The translations under genes were made by a program, and so were the position numbers. 64,000 bases of DNA from Octopus vulgaris. Lineage: Eukaryota. Of this stretch, positions 52,701 to 64,000 are shown one piece after another. Within the stretch, counting starts at the first letter, position 1, and each line of letters begins with the position of its first letter. The notes under the pieces were generated by a model. The model made no database searches, was not told the DNA's origin, and was given only the letters and a program-made list of their open reading frames with translations. The stretch spans positions 8,122,001-8,186,000 of the forward strand of contig OX597830.1 of assembly GCA_951406725.2 (NCBI GenBank). The letters are read 5' to 3'.

Positions 52701-55700
52701 AACAACAAACAAGATGAGGACAAATATCCGTTGAATGTAAATAATGTACACAATACTTCATCTCTTAAATACAGAACGGTATGATCTGGATGTTTTAAAC
52801 AGAGTGGATCTGCTCTGCTAAAGGCATCGAAGGACCAAATAATGTTGTTAAAACAGGCAATGGATGAAGTCTAGCCCTGTGCAAGCAGAGGTGAAAATAG
52901 TAAATGAAGACAAGACTATGTGAAGAAACATGCTGGACTTTGCAATAAAGGGATGAAGAACCAAAGAAAGCAACCTGTAGCACTTGTTGGATCCCAAACT
53001 ATTAATTGTTTATGGCACAGATGTGAAAATGAAGTTTAACCCTTTTGATACCAACCCGGCTGAAACTGGTTCTGGCTCTGTTGTACAAAATGTCTTCTTT
53101 TCAAAAGTTTTGAATTAAAATCTTCCACCAAACCTTAGTCACAATTTATGTTCCTAACAATAGCTTAATTATAACCAAATTATTTTACTAAATTCTTTGT
53201 TATATTTAGAATTAATTGAAAGAAACACAGAACATCTCAACAGAAATACAGTAACGAAAGGTTTAAGGGACTGGAAGTGAATTTGAAAGTGTGAAACATT
53301 TTCTATTGGCTAGATTGAGAATGGTGGTTCTAAACCAGGTTCCATATGGCCCTTAGGGATCCGTATGGCCCTTAGGGGGTTCATATGGCTTTTGGGGGTC
53401 CATATAAGATTTTGTTGTTAAAATTTATCTACAATAAAATCAGTTATATGCACAAAATATCTTAACGATTTTTTTATACAGTTCCTAATAAGATTCAATT
53501 ATAAAAGTACAACAAGATTTTTTAAAGAGCGAATGGTGAGAAAGGTCCATAGGTAAAGAATGGTTGAGAACCACCGTTATAGAGGAAAGGGTTCTGCCCA
53601 TAGACAGTGCAGAAACTCAAAAGAGATGTGTGACCAATAGGGTTGATGCTCCCTTTTAATAGCTGCAAGTTGACGCCTGCATGTAAAACATGGCCAAGGA
53701 GGGATTCCAGAGGGATGACATTCTAGGGAGGGAAGGATAGGAATAATGGTTCTACTGTTGGAGAAGACAATCCTGGCATGACATCATTGGGAAATGTTCT
53801 AGAAGTTCCTGTTGAAGGAATCAATGAAGCTTAGGTGTGTTGTTTGCATGAAGATGATGCTTATGTGTCAAATGTTAGGAAGGAATGAAGAGTGATGAAC
53901 ATTGCTGAAGATATTGAGAAGAATCTGTGGGACAAAACCAGACCTTGAGGTAATGGGGTAGATTCATGTTGACAGAGGGCGTGCCACGACGAGTCTCAGT
54001 AACATATACTGCAATGATGCCACAAAAAAACTCCAGTCCAAGAGACAAAAGACAGTTGAAATCCATAAATGGGCAGTTTATTTCTTAGAACCTCATGTGC
54101 CAGGTACAATTTAACCCTTTCGACATCAAGCCATGTGGAACCAATCTTGGTTATGAGACAAACTTCCTGGTTGAAAATGTAAATTAAAATCTTCTGTCAG
54201 CATTTCTCATATTTATGATCCCAAACATTAGCTTAATAATGACGAAGTTATTCCGATTGTGGCAGGAAATTCTTACTGATAAATTGGTGCCTGGCAACAA
54301 ATAGAATCACATTTATTGCAAGATAAACTAGTACCAGGCAACAGCAAATAGAATCACACTTATGGCAGGAATTCTCTTCTGATAAACCATTCCCAGCAAC
54401 AACATCTAAATTATATTATTAATATTTGCCAAACTGTAACATTAAACCAACAACCATCTGTTGTTGTTGTTGTTGTTGATTAGGACCAAGTTAGCTCTGA
54501 TTGAGCACACTTATGAGTAATGCCATTCCAATTGTCAACTTCCGTCTTTTTGTATATCTAAGACTACATTATTTGGGAGATCCTTCTTGTCTTACAATAG
54601 CAGGTTGTGATTTGAAAGAGATTTAGTTACTAATTCTATCAACCAACCACTTACAGTAGCAATTTTCAACCATTTTCAATCCATACTATAGTAAATATGG
54701 TATTAAATGTGTTAAATTTAAATGTTTGTGTGTCTGTGTTTGTCCCCCTAGCATTGCTTGACAACCGATGCTGGTGTGTTTACGTCCCCGTCACTTAGCA
54801 GTTCGGCAAAAGAGACCGATAGAATAAGTACTGGGCTTACAAAGCATAAGTCTCGGGGTCGATTTGCTCGACTAAAGGCGGTGCTCCAGCATGGCCGCAG
54901 TCAAATGACTGAAACAAGTAAAAGAGTAAAAGAGTAAAACATCCATGAACCATTGATGAGGAGTCTGCAGGTCCAGTACTCAAAATATCATTTTAGTTTT
55001 ATAGCCAATATTATTGGGGTAACAGGGTGTGTAGTAACCTGGGTGGAAATCAGATTGCTGAAATTAGATTCCTGGGAATGAGCTTAATTCTATAATGCAT
55101 ACTTTACAGAGCATCACTCCATCAGCAGCGATAAAGAATTTGCAATGATTTATGAAAATTTAAAGGGTGGGTGATTATGCAAAAGATGACAAAAGGAACA
55201 AGAACTCCTTTTCTTAACGAGATACCTTAAAAAAAAGACAACATTGTTAATGAGCTGAGCTAATGATCAGTCAATATAGATTCAATGATTCCAATCATCA
55301 TCATCATCATCATCGTTTAACGTCCGTTTTCCATGCTAGCATGAGCTGGATGGTTCGACCGGGGTCTGGGAAGCCAGGAGGCTGCACCAGGCTCCAGTCT
55401 GATCTGGCAGTGTTTCTACAGCTAGATGCCCTTCCTAATGCCAACCACTCCGTGAGTGTAGTAGGTGCTTTTTACATGCCACCAGCACAGGTGCCAGGGG
55501 AGGCTGGCAGTGGCCATGATCGGTAGGTGCTTTTTACGTGCCACCGGCCAAGTATCACAACTACAATTTCCATTTGATATTTATTTTGATGTTGATGTAC
55601 TTGACTCAATAGGTCTCCTCAAGCACAGCAGGTCACCCTATGATCCAAGGTAAGCGCAGCAGGTCGTTCTGCAATCCGAGGTACTTTGGATGGGCTGGGG

Positions 55701-55805
55701 CTATGCGAAACTGGTGCAGGTAGCAGCCATGAACTCACATTATTTGTCGGGTCTTTGCAGTCACAGCATATCTCCATCAGAAAGAGAAAACATTATATAC
55801 ATATA

Positions 55806-55843
<38 letters not shown>

Positions 55844-57007
55844 TGTGCATGCATGTGCACACATACATACACATGCACATTCAATTAGTACCATGAAAAT
55901 TCATAAGACATTTCAGAAATTCTCCGTTTGAGACTCCTTGTTTAATCATGTATACACAATCACATATGAAATACATATGCATACACACACACACACACGT
56001 ATTGGCTGTTTCAAATTTTGGCACAAGGCCAGCAATTTCCAGGGAAGGGCTTAAATCGATTACATCAACCACAGTGCTCAAATGCTCTTTATTTTATCAA
56101 CCCCAAATTTGACCTCAGAATGTAAAGGCAGATGAAATGCCTCTAAGCTTTGTTTCCAGTGCAGTAACAATTTGACCACCTTGCACACACACACACATAC
56201 ACACACATTGGTTTCAAATTTTTGCACAAGGCCAGGATTTTAGGGAAGGGAGTAAGTCAATTACACCAACCACGGTTCTTAAACCCTGGATGCAACAACT
56301 GAAGCAGATTCTGTGAAATTTACCTTGAAAATGCCACACCTGTATTAAGTAGCTGTCCAAAAATGTCATCATTATGTTGTCAACCTATAAAGTACGATAC
56401 CATGACCAAAAACACTATACAATATATGCTGTAGGAAGTACAGTCCTCAAGGCAAAAATATTAGAACTTCCAGTGATGTGGAGGGCAAACTCACAGATAG
56501 AATTAAAGACTACTGGCGGGACATTCTTGTGAAACCCTCAGACCAGACATGATGATCTGGGAGAGAGAAAAGTAAAGGTGCACAATAGTGGTAATCACTT
56601 TGCCAAACTGGGTGTTAATTTAAATATAGGTTTAGTTGTATATCTGTAATTTATTGGGGTACATGGGTATGTAACTAACTACCTCAGTGCCAATCTTAAG
56701 AAGTTGGGTTTCGCAAAACCAGAAAGGTTGTATCTGGATGAAAGTAGGGCCTCGTAGTAGGAAAAAACGAGTCAAGTTGGAATATGCAAGACTTTATAAG
56801 CAATACAGAAATTTACGAAAGTGAAGAAAGGAGGTTTCTATAATATCATCATCATTTAATGCCTGTTTCCCATGCTGGCATGGGTTGGACGGTTTGACAG
56901 GAGCTGACCAGTTGAAAGGCTCTTCACGCTCTGTGTCTGTTTTGGCATGGGTTCTACAGCTTCATGCCCTTCCTAACAGAGTGTACTGGGCGCTTTTATG
57001 CAGCACT

Positions 57008-57418
57008 GGCACAGGTGCTTTTTACGTGGCACAGGTGCTTTTTATGTGGCACAAGTGCTTTTTACGTGGCACAGGTGCTTTTACGTGGCACAGATGCTTT
57101 TTACATGGCACAGATGCTTTTCACGTGGCACAGGTGCTTTTACGTGGCACAGGTGCTTTTTTTACGTGGCACAAGTGCTTTTTACGTGGCACAGGTGCTT
57201 TTTACATGGCACAGGTGCTTTTTTTACGTGGCACAGATGCTTTTTACGTGGCACAGGTGCCTTTTTACATGACACAGGGGCTTTTTTACATGGCACAGAT
57301 GGTTTTTATGTGGCATAGGTGCCTTTTTACATGACACAGGGGCTTTTTTACATGGCACAGATGGTTTTTACGTGGCACAGGTGCCTTTTTACATGACACG
57401 GGGGCTTTTTACGTGGCA
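57008..57418 (+). repeat. Minisatellite of about 20 bp (GTGGCACAGGTGCTTTTTAC) amplified inside a SINE
   Basis: About 20 tandem copies following the CATGGGTTGGACGG...GCCCTTCCTAAC SINE segment. Confidence 0.88.
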
Positions 57419-58415
57419 CCAGCACTCAAAATCCTATGTTTTGAATAGTCCATCGTTTGTGTTGGCTCGTTTCCTTTGTATAATATTTGATTTCCAATGC
57501 AGTAACAGTAAAGAATGGCCAATGCAAAGCGTGGAGGGTTCAAACTCATACGACAAGGCCACTATCAGTAAATTATTCTCATTCACAAACAGGAAGTAAT
57601 CTTGGTGGCCACATAATTCCTTTTTCGTTATCTTCAGGACTCTTCCTGATTAGAAAACTATAGATACAAACCATTAATGCAATTGTGAAAATCCGTAAAA
57701 CATTCTAGAAGTTTAGCAAGTCATAAGTGAACGTACACCTCTGTCTTCTTTCTTAACTCCCATCCCACCTACAGAACTACATTCCCGCTTGACTCCTAAC
57801 TGCCTTCTTCATTTTCCTTTTTCTTTCCTCCAACCACTTTTTCTTACTCACTCTTTCCCTATACTTTTCTCCTCTTTCTGATCAAAGACTAGTGTCCGAA
57901 ACATCAAGACTCTTAGCTTTCTTCCTTTCTTCTTAAGTGTGAAACTAATACATTTGTTAAAATTTATCCCTCCCATGTTAACTTCTTTTTTGTGTTCATT
58001 ACATTTGATATATACATGCATATATCATCATCATCATCATCATCATTTAACATCCATTCTCCATGTTGGCATGGGTTGGATGGTTTGACTGAGAACTGGC
58101 TCAGCAGAAGCCTGCACCAAACTTCTGTGTCTGTTTTGGCATGGTTTTTACAGCTGGATGTTCTTCCTAACACCAACCGCCCAGCAAAGTAGACATCATC
58201 ATCATCATGATATATATATATATATATATAATGCCACATAAAACCAGTGGAAAATTTCGGGGGAAGGAGTAAACCAATTACATCAACCCCAGTGTTCAAC
58301 TGGTATTTATTTTATCAACCCTGAAAGGATGAAAAGCAAAGTCGACATCAGTAGAATTTGAACACAGAACATGAAGTCAAATGAAATGTTGACTATTCTG
58401 CCAGCTTGCCACCTC

Positions 58416-58464
<49 letters not shown>

Positions 58465-58466
<2 letters not shown>

Positions 58467-58700
58467 TAAAAACGGTAAGATAACAAAAGAAAGAAACAGA
58501 CCTCAATATTATGTAAATAGAGGAATTTATCTGAAAAATAATGTGACAATTATTCAGTAGCCAAGATAAAACTCTGAGTTTCGGATGCTGAGGTGAAATC
58601 CACACCACCATCTCTTCGGTTATCTGGCCAGATAACTGAAGAGATGGTGTTGTGGATTTCCACCTCGGCATCTGAAACATTGTCACATATTATTTTACAG
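58465..58700. mobile_element. Hammerhead-bearing foldback element in (TA)n (copy 2 of the 16365 family)
   Basis: Same GGTAAAAACGGTAAGATAAC start. Minus-strand motif at 58564-58625 and an inverted partial copy at 58630-58678 with canonical CUGAAGA. Confidence 0.7.
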
Positions 58701-58719
58701 ATATATATATATATATATA

Positions 58720-59180
58720 TAAATTAAATTAGAGATAAAACCACTATTAGGCAAATCAAACAATGAAAAACATAAACCAAAACATAGAAATAAAATTAAT
58801 TAATATAATATACAAAATATATAAAATATAAAATTCAAAATTTAAATTATTTGAATTTAAAGTTAAAAATTTTAAATTATTAATTTATATTTATAAATTT
58901 ATATATATATATTATATTCTTATTTTTATTTTTTATATATATATTTATTTATTTATTAAATATATATAACTATCAAAAAGCATAAAAAGTAATATAAGAT
59001 AAAAAGTAAAACCACTACGATCGTTTCATGCCCATAACCTAATTCGAATAACAATAATTTAAATTCAATTAATAATTCGAATTATGATTATAGTATATTA
59101 ATTAATTTTATTTCTATGGTTTGGTTTATGTTTTTCACTGTTTGATTTGCCTAATAGTGGTTTTATCTCTAATTTAATTA
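58720..59180. repeat. AT-rich foldback element with about 90-bp arms
   Basis: AGAGATAAAACCACTATTAGGCAAATCAAACA... pairs with ...TGTTTGATTTGCCTAATAGTGGTTTTATCTCT. Contains a half hammerhead (GAAAC GAUC GUA, minus strand, 59011-59027). Confidence 0.75.
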
Positions 59181-59252
59181 GATTTAGTAAAATTAGATTT
59201 AGTCCTAAATCTAATTTTTCCCTGTAAGTTTGGATTTACTCCCTAATATTAT

Positions 59253-59283
<31 letters not shown>

Positions 59284-59429
59284 CAAAGTTCTGCTTAGGC
59301 TTAGTGGTACTAATAACTTGATGTTAGAACTTAGTACACATATGCTTCAGAAAAAAAGCATTAATCAAAGTGATAAAGTGATACACAAGCACCAAACTCT
59401 GAGTGCATTCTATCCCATAGTAGAATCAG

Positions 59430-59479
<50 letters not shown>

Positions 59480-62400
59480 GTACATAGCAGCAGCAGCAAC
59501 AGCATTGTTTTCAGCTTTCCTGTGCATTCATGGGTCAGCTGGCTGGACGCCTTTCCTGTCACCAACCGTCACCTAATTCCAGTTAATATTTCTCCCAGGC
59601 CAGACATGTTTTCATGACAAACTGGAAATGAAGGATAACCTACTTGTATGACAGTGACACTCACAGCTATCGTGTGATGCCAAGAGAAAGGAGACCCAAA
59701 CACACACACAATATACTTCGATGAGTTTCCTCTTGACTATATCTGCTCACCAAAGTCTTTGGTCAGGAAGGAGATATAAAGGAAGACACTTGCCTAAGGT
59801 GTCACACCGTAGGATTGAGCACAAGAACATATGCTTGCAAGGTAAACCAAACTTCTCAACTGCACAGCCATATCAGTGCATATATGTCTGTGTGTGTGTG
59901 AATATATATATATACACATGCACATTTATATCAATACATACATACCTGCATACACTCATACACACATGTACACACACATGCACACACATTGCCAATACTG
60001 TGACATAAAAGATAGAAAATCAAAGAGACTAAAATAAATTTTATGAAAATAAAATTCTTTTTGCAACAAATGATGACTGAACTTGAAAGAATTCTTCACT
60101 TGGAAGAAAAGATGAGGATAATTCTTTGATAATAAAACATTCCAAGAAGATGAAAAGAGACAGCAGAGATGATTGGATGGGGAAGTGGAATGCGAGTCAG
60201 AAAATTTACATATGGAAACAAGGAAATATTGGAATTCTGTCACAGAATTTTCTAAAGAGTTCAAAAATGTCAGGAAAGAAACCAACTCAAAAATAGCTGC
60301 AAAAATATTGAGTGAGAGAGAAAATATATACCTATATTCTTTTATTCTGTTGTTCTTTTACTTGTTTCAGTCATTTGACTGCGGCCATGCTGCAGCACCG
60401 CCTTGAAGAGTTTTAGTCAAACAAATCAACCACAGGACTTATTATTATTTTTTTTTTTTAACACCTTGTGCTTATTGTTTTGGTCTCTTTTGCCGAACTG
60501 CACAAGCTATGGGGATGTAAACACACCAACACAGGTTGTCAAACTGTGGTAGGGGGACAAACACAAACACACAGACAGAAACACACTCACACAGACATAT
60601 ATATCTATATAAATACATTCAGTGGGCTTCTTTCAGTTTCCATCTACCAAATCCATTCACAAGGCTTTGGTCAGCCTGAGGCTATAGTAGAAGACACTTG
60701 CCCCAAGGTGCCATGCAATGGAACTGAACCCAGAACCATGAGGTTGGAGAGCAGGCTTCTTACCACACAACCACTCCTGAGCCTATATGTGTGTGAGTAC
60801 ATGTGTGTGTGTGTGTGCTATTACGTATGTGTGTGTATCTGTGATTGTTTATCACCCCCACCACTTAACAACCTCTGTTGGTATGTTTACATCCCTATAA
60901 TGTGGTGGTTTATCAACAGAGACCAAAGGAATGCTAAGTACCACACTTAAAATAAGTCCTGGGATTGATTCGTTTGTCTAATCCTATAAGGTGCCCCAGC
61001 ATGGGCACAGTCCATAATATACATATGATTTGAAGGTGGGAGTAGGGAGAGGGAAAATAATAAAACAGAAAATGGAATGAGGGGGGGGAACATTACAAAT
61101 AAAAGTTATATTAGACAGTGTAATCCTTGAAGTGCCATGTTTGAATATAAAGGAGTGATGGTCACAATCTTCAACCCCCTGGGTCTGCTCTATCATAGTT
61201 GACCTACTATTAAAGCAACAACAACAACAACAGTGTTTTCGTTATATCAACTGCACTGACTGACCTGCACTAATCACTGACCCAACACATTTTACTGACT
61301 TAATAAGCAATTAATCATGTTTTGCTTTTTGTTTAGTTTTGATTTTTACTTGTTTCAGTCATTAGACTACGGCCATGCTGGGGCACCATCTTGAATGAAT
61401 CGAACCCCCCCCCCCCACTGCACCCCACACCCCGTACTTATTTTTTTAAGCTTGGTACTTATTCTAGCAGTCTAAGCTATGGGGACATAAACACACCAAC
61501 ACTGGGTACCAAGCAGTAATGAGGGAACTAACACAGACACAAAGACACAAAGGTGGCGAGCTGGCTGAAACATTAGCACACTGGGCGAAATGCTTGGTGG
61601 TATTTCGTCTGTCTTTACGTTCTGAGTTCTGAGTTCAAATTCCACCGAGATCGACTTAGCCTTTCAACCTTTCGGGGTCAATAAATTAAGTACCAGTTAC
61701 ATACTGGGGTTGATATAATCGACTTAATCCGTTTGTCTGTCCTTGTTTGTCCTCACTGTGTTCAGCCCCTTGGGGGTAGTAAAGAGATAGGTATTTCTTC
61801 TGGCTCTTTACGTTCTGAGTTCAAATTCCGCCGAGGTCAACTTTGCCTTTCAGCCTTTCAGGGTCGATAATTTAAATACCAGTTATGCACTGGGGTCGAT
61901 ATAATCGAGTTAATCCATTTGTCTGTCCTTGTTTGTCCCCTCTGTGTTTAGCCCCTTGTGGGCAGTAAAGAAATAAGAAGCTTGCTTACCAACCACATGG
62001 TACCAGGTTCAGTTGCACTGTGTGGCATCTCAGGCAAGTGTCTTCTACTATAGCCTCGGGCTAGAGTAGAAAGGAACCCCATATTCATAAACTTACGCCA
62101 GTAAACTACCAGCAAAATATGAAGAATCTATAGTAGAAATCTTTTTTGGGAGTTTTTCCAAATTAAAGGACGAAATATAATTCAACCTTTTTACATACAT
62201 ACATATCTGCAAATATATATATATATATATATATATTAGCACGCCGGGCAAAATGCGTAGCCATATTTCGTCTGCCATTACGTTCTGAGTTCAAATTTCG
62301 CCAAGGTCGATTTTGCCTTTTATCCATTCGGGGTCGATAAATTAAGTACCAGTTACGCACTGTTTGTCCCCTCTGTGTTTAGCCCCTTGTGGGTAGTAAA

Positions 62401-62885
62401 GAAATATATATATATGTTTCCCCTGCTTGACCAAACAATGATATTATCTAACCCTTAATACGATGGGGTGGTGAAAAGTTCCTGGTTTTGGGTAAAACAA
62501 TTACAGGAGAGTCAATTAATTATGATTTTATTTAACATATTTCCCTTTTGGATTCCTGTAAAAGAAGAACTCAGAAGGTTGGGTCTCCAACCAAGCTTTT
62601 CACAATACCCTTAAAGCCAAGAGCTTTTCAGCACTCCCTTGTATTTGGAGTTAGATAATATATTTTCTAATCACCATATTTCAATTCACTCTGTTGTGTG
62701 TGTGTGGGGGGGGATTCCCTTCCTGTCACCAACTCTGGCCTGGTGCCATGTAAGGTAAATATCTCCCTATGACCAAACATGTTTCTGTAGAATCCTAGGA
62801 ATGAATGATACTTACTTGTATGGCAGTGACACTCACAAGTATCATCAGATGTCGAGACAAGGTGGCACAAATACATACACATATG

Positions 62886-62918
<33 letters not shown>

Positions 62919-63207
62919 GATAATAAAAGTGGAGAATATAATTACAAACTTACAGGGAAAAATTCAATTTAACAATTCCAAATCAAATTTCACAATATAT
63001 GATATATGTATATAATTAAGAGTGAAAGACTTTATCTATATCATATAGAAAATTTAAAGATATAGTCCCAAAACATGCATAGTCAATTTAATGTATATTT
63101 AATTTAGGGATTTTTTGAATAATATTTATTATAGAATAGTTAAATTTTTCTATATGATATAATGTCTTTCACTATTGAATTACTTAATAAAGGTTATTTC
63201 TCTTAAT

Positions 63208-63248
<41 letters not shown>

Positions 63249-63249
63249 T

Positions 63250-63495
63250 TGCTGCAGCAAGTATAGATGGGCTGGACATGTCGCCCGGCTCACCGATAAT
63301 CAGTGGACGCACACAGTTGTCAAGTGGTACCCGTGCGAGTGGAAAAGACGACCCGGAAGACCTCCATGACGGTGGAGTTACGATTTCAGGAGGACGATTG
63401 GGATCACGTGGATGAGAAAGGCGCGATCCAGAGAGGAGTGGACAGCGTGCTGTGACCAGCAGGGTCAAATGGACGCCTGACGGACTGGTCGGTCA
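63250..63495 (+). mobile_element. 3' fragment of an RTE-clade LINE in (TA)n
   Basis: KYRWAGHVARLTDNQWT...WYPCEWKRRPGRPP*RW matches the characteristic RTE ORF C-terminus. Confidence 0.8.
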
Positions 63496-63498
63496 AGG

Positions 63499-63532
<34 letters not shown>

Positions 63533-63665
63533 TCATCATCATCATCGTTTAACGTCCGCTTTCCATGCTAGCATGGGTTGGACGAATGACTGAGGGCTGG
63601 TGAACCAGATGGCTGCACCAGGCTTCAATCTTGATCTGGCAGAGTTTCTACAGCTTGATGCACTT

Positions 63666-63700
<35 letters not shown>

Positions 63701-64000
63701 ATCAATTCAATAATGAAAAGTTAAATTATACCATTTAGAAAAATTACTTATTATAGAAAGATTAAATATAAGATAAAACATATAACAAGGATTAAGTAAT
63801 GTGCAAAATAATAAATAAAATGTATATATTTAATCGTTATATGTTTTATCTTATATTTAATCTTTCTATAATATGTAATTTTTCTAAAAGGTATAATTTA
63901 ATTATTCATTTTTGAATTAATAAAAGATGGGTTTTTTTTCTAATTTATATATATTATATTTTGTGAAATTTGATTTAGTATTTCTAAATTGAATTTTTCC

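Noticed and set aside
57008-57418. Regular about 20-bp repeats as a possible CRISPR array or repeat protein
   Set aside because: There are no unique spacers or cas genes, the context is eukaryotic and the unit derives from a SINE.
52258-64000. Candidate first coding exon of DCLK3 (for example ORFs 53875-54066 and 59956-60285)
   Set aside because: No convincing similarity or phase-compatible donor was identified by eye.

Overview
AT-rich, microsatellite- and SINE-dense metazoan DNA whose repeat content suggests an octopus-like cephalopod. Two spliced minus-strand genes can be reconstructed with canonical GT/AG junctions and matching phases. One is a DCLK3-like doublecortin/CaMK kinase (five exons, 52257 to 43258; the ATG-bearing exon was not found). 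The other is a complete three-exon NUDT19-like Nudix CoA diphosphatase (33215 to 23139) ending in a peroxisomal SRL signal. The main structural feature is a large inverted duplication (about 18649-25670 vs 35385-46772) with reciprocal exon loss: the left arm keeps NUDT19 exon 3 but lacks one DCLK3 exon, and the right arm keeps the DCLK3 exons but lacks NUDT19 exon 3. A near-perfect 1.5-kb palindrome lies in NUDT19 intron 2. About a dozen minimal type-I hammerhead-ribozyme motifs with palindromic helix III (Penelope-like-element type) are scattered through the window, mostly in foldback elements and often next to (TA)n. Decayed mariner, pogo/Tc2, hAT, Tx1/L1, RTE and Gypsy/Ginger remnants are also present. 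Most supplied ORFs are microsatellite or SINE artefacts. All comparisons were made by eye, so repeat boundaries are approximate.
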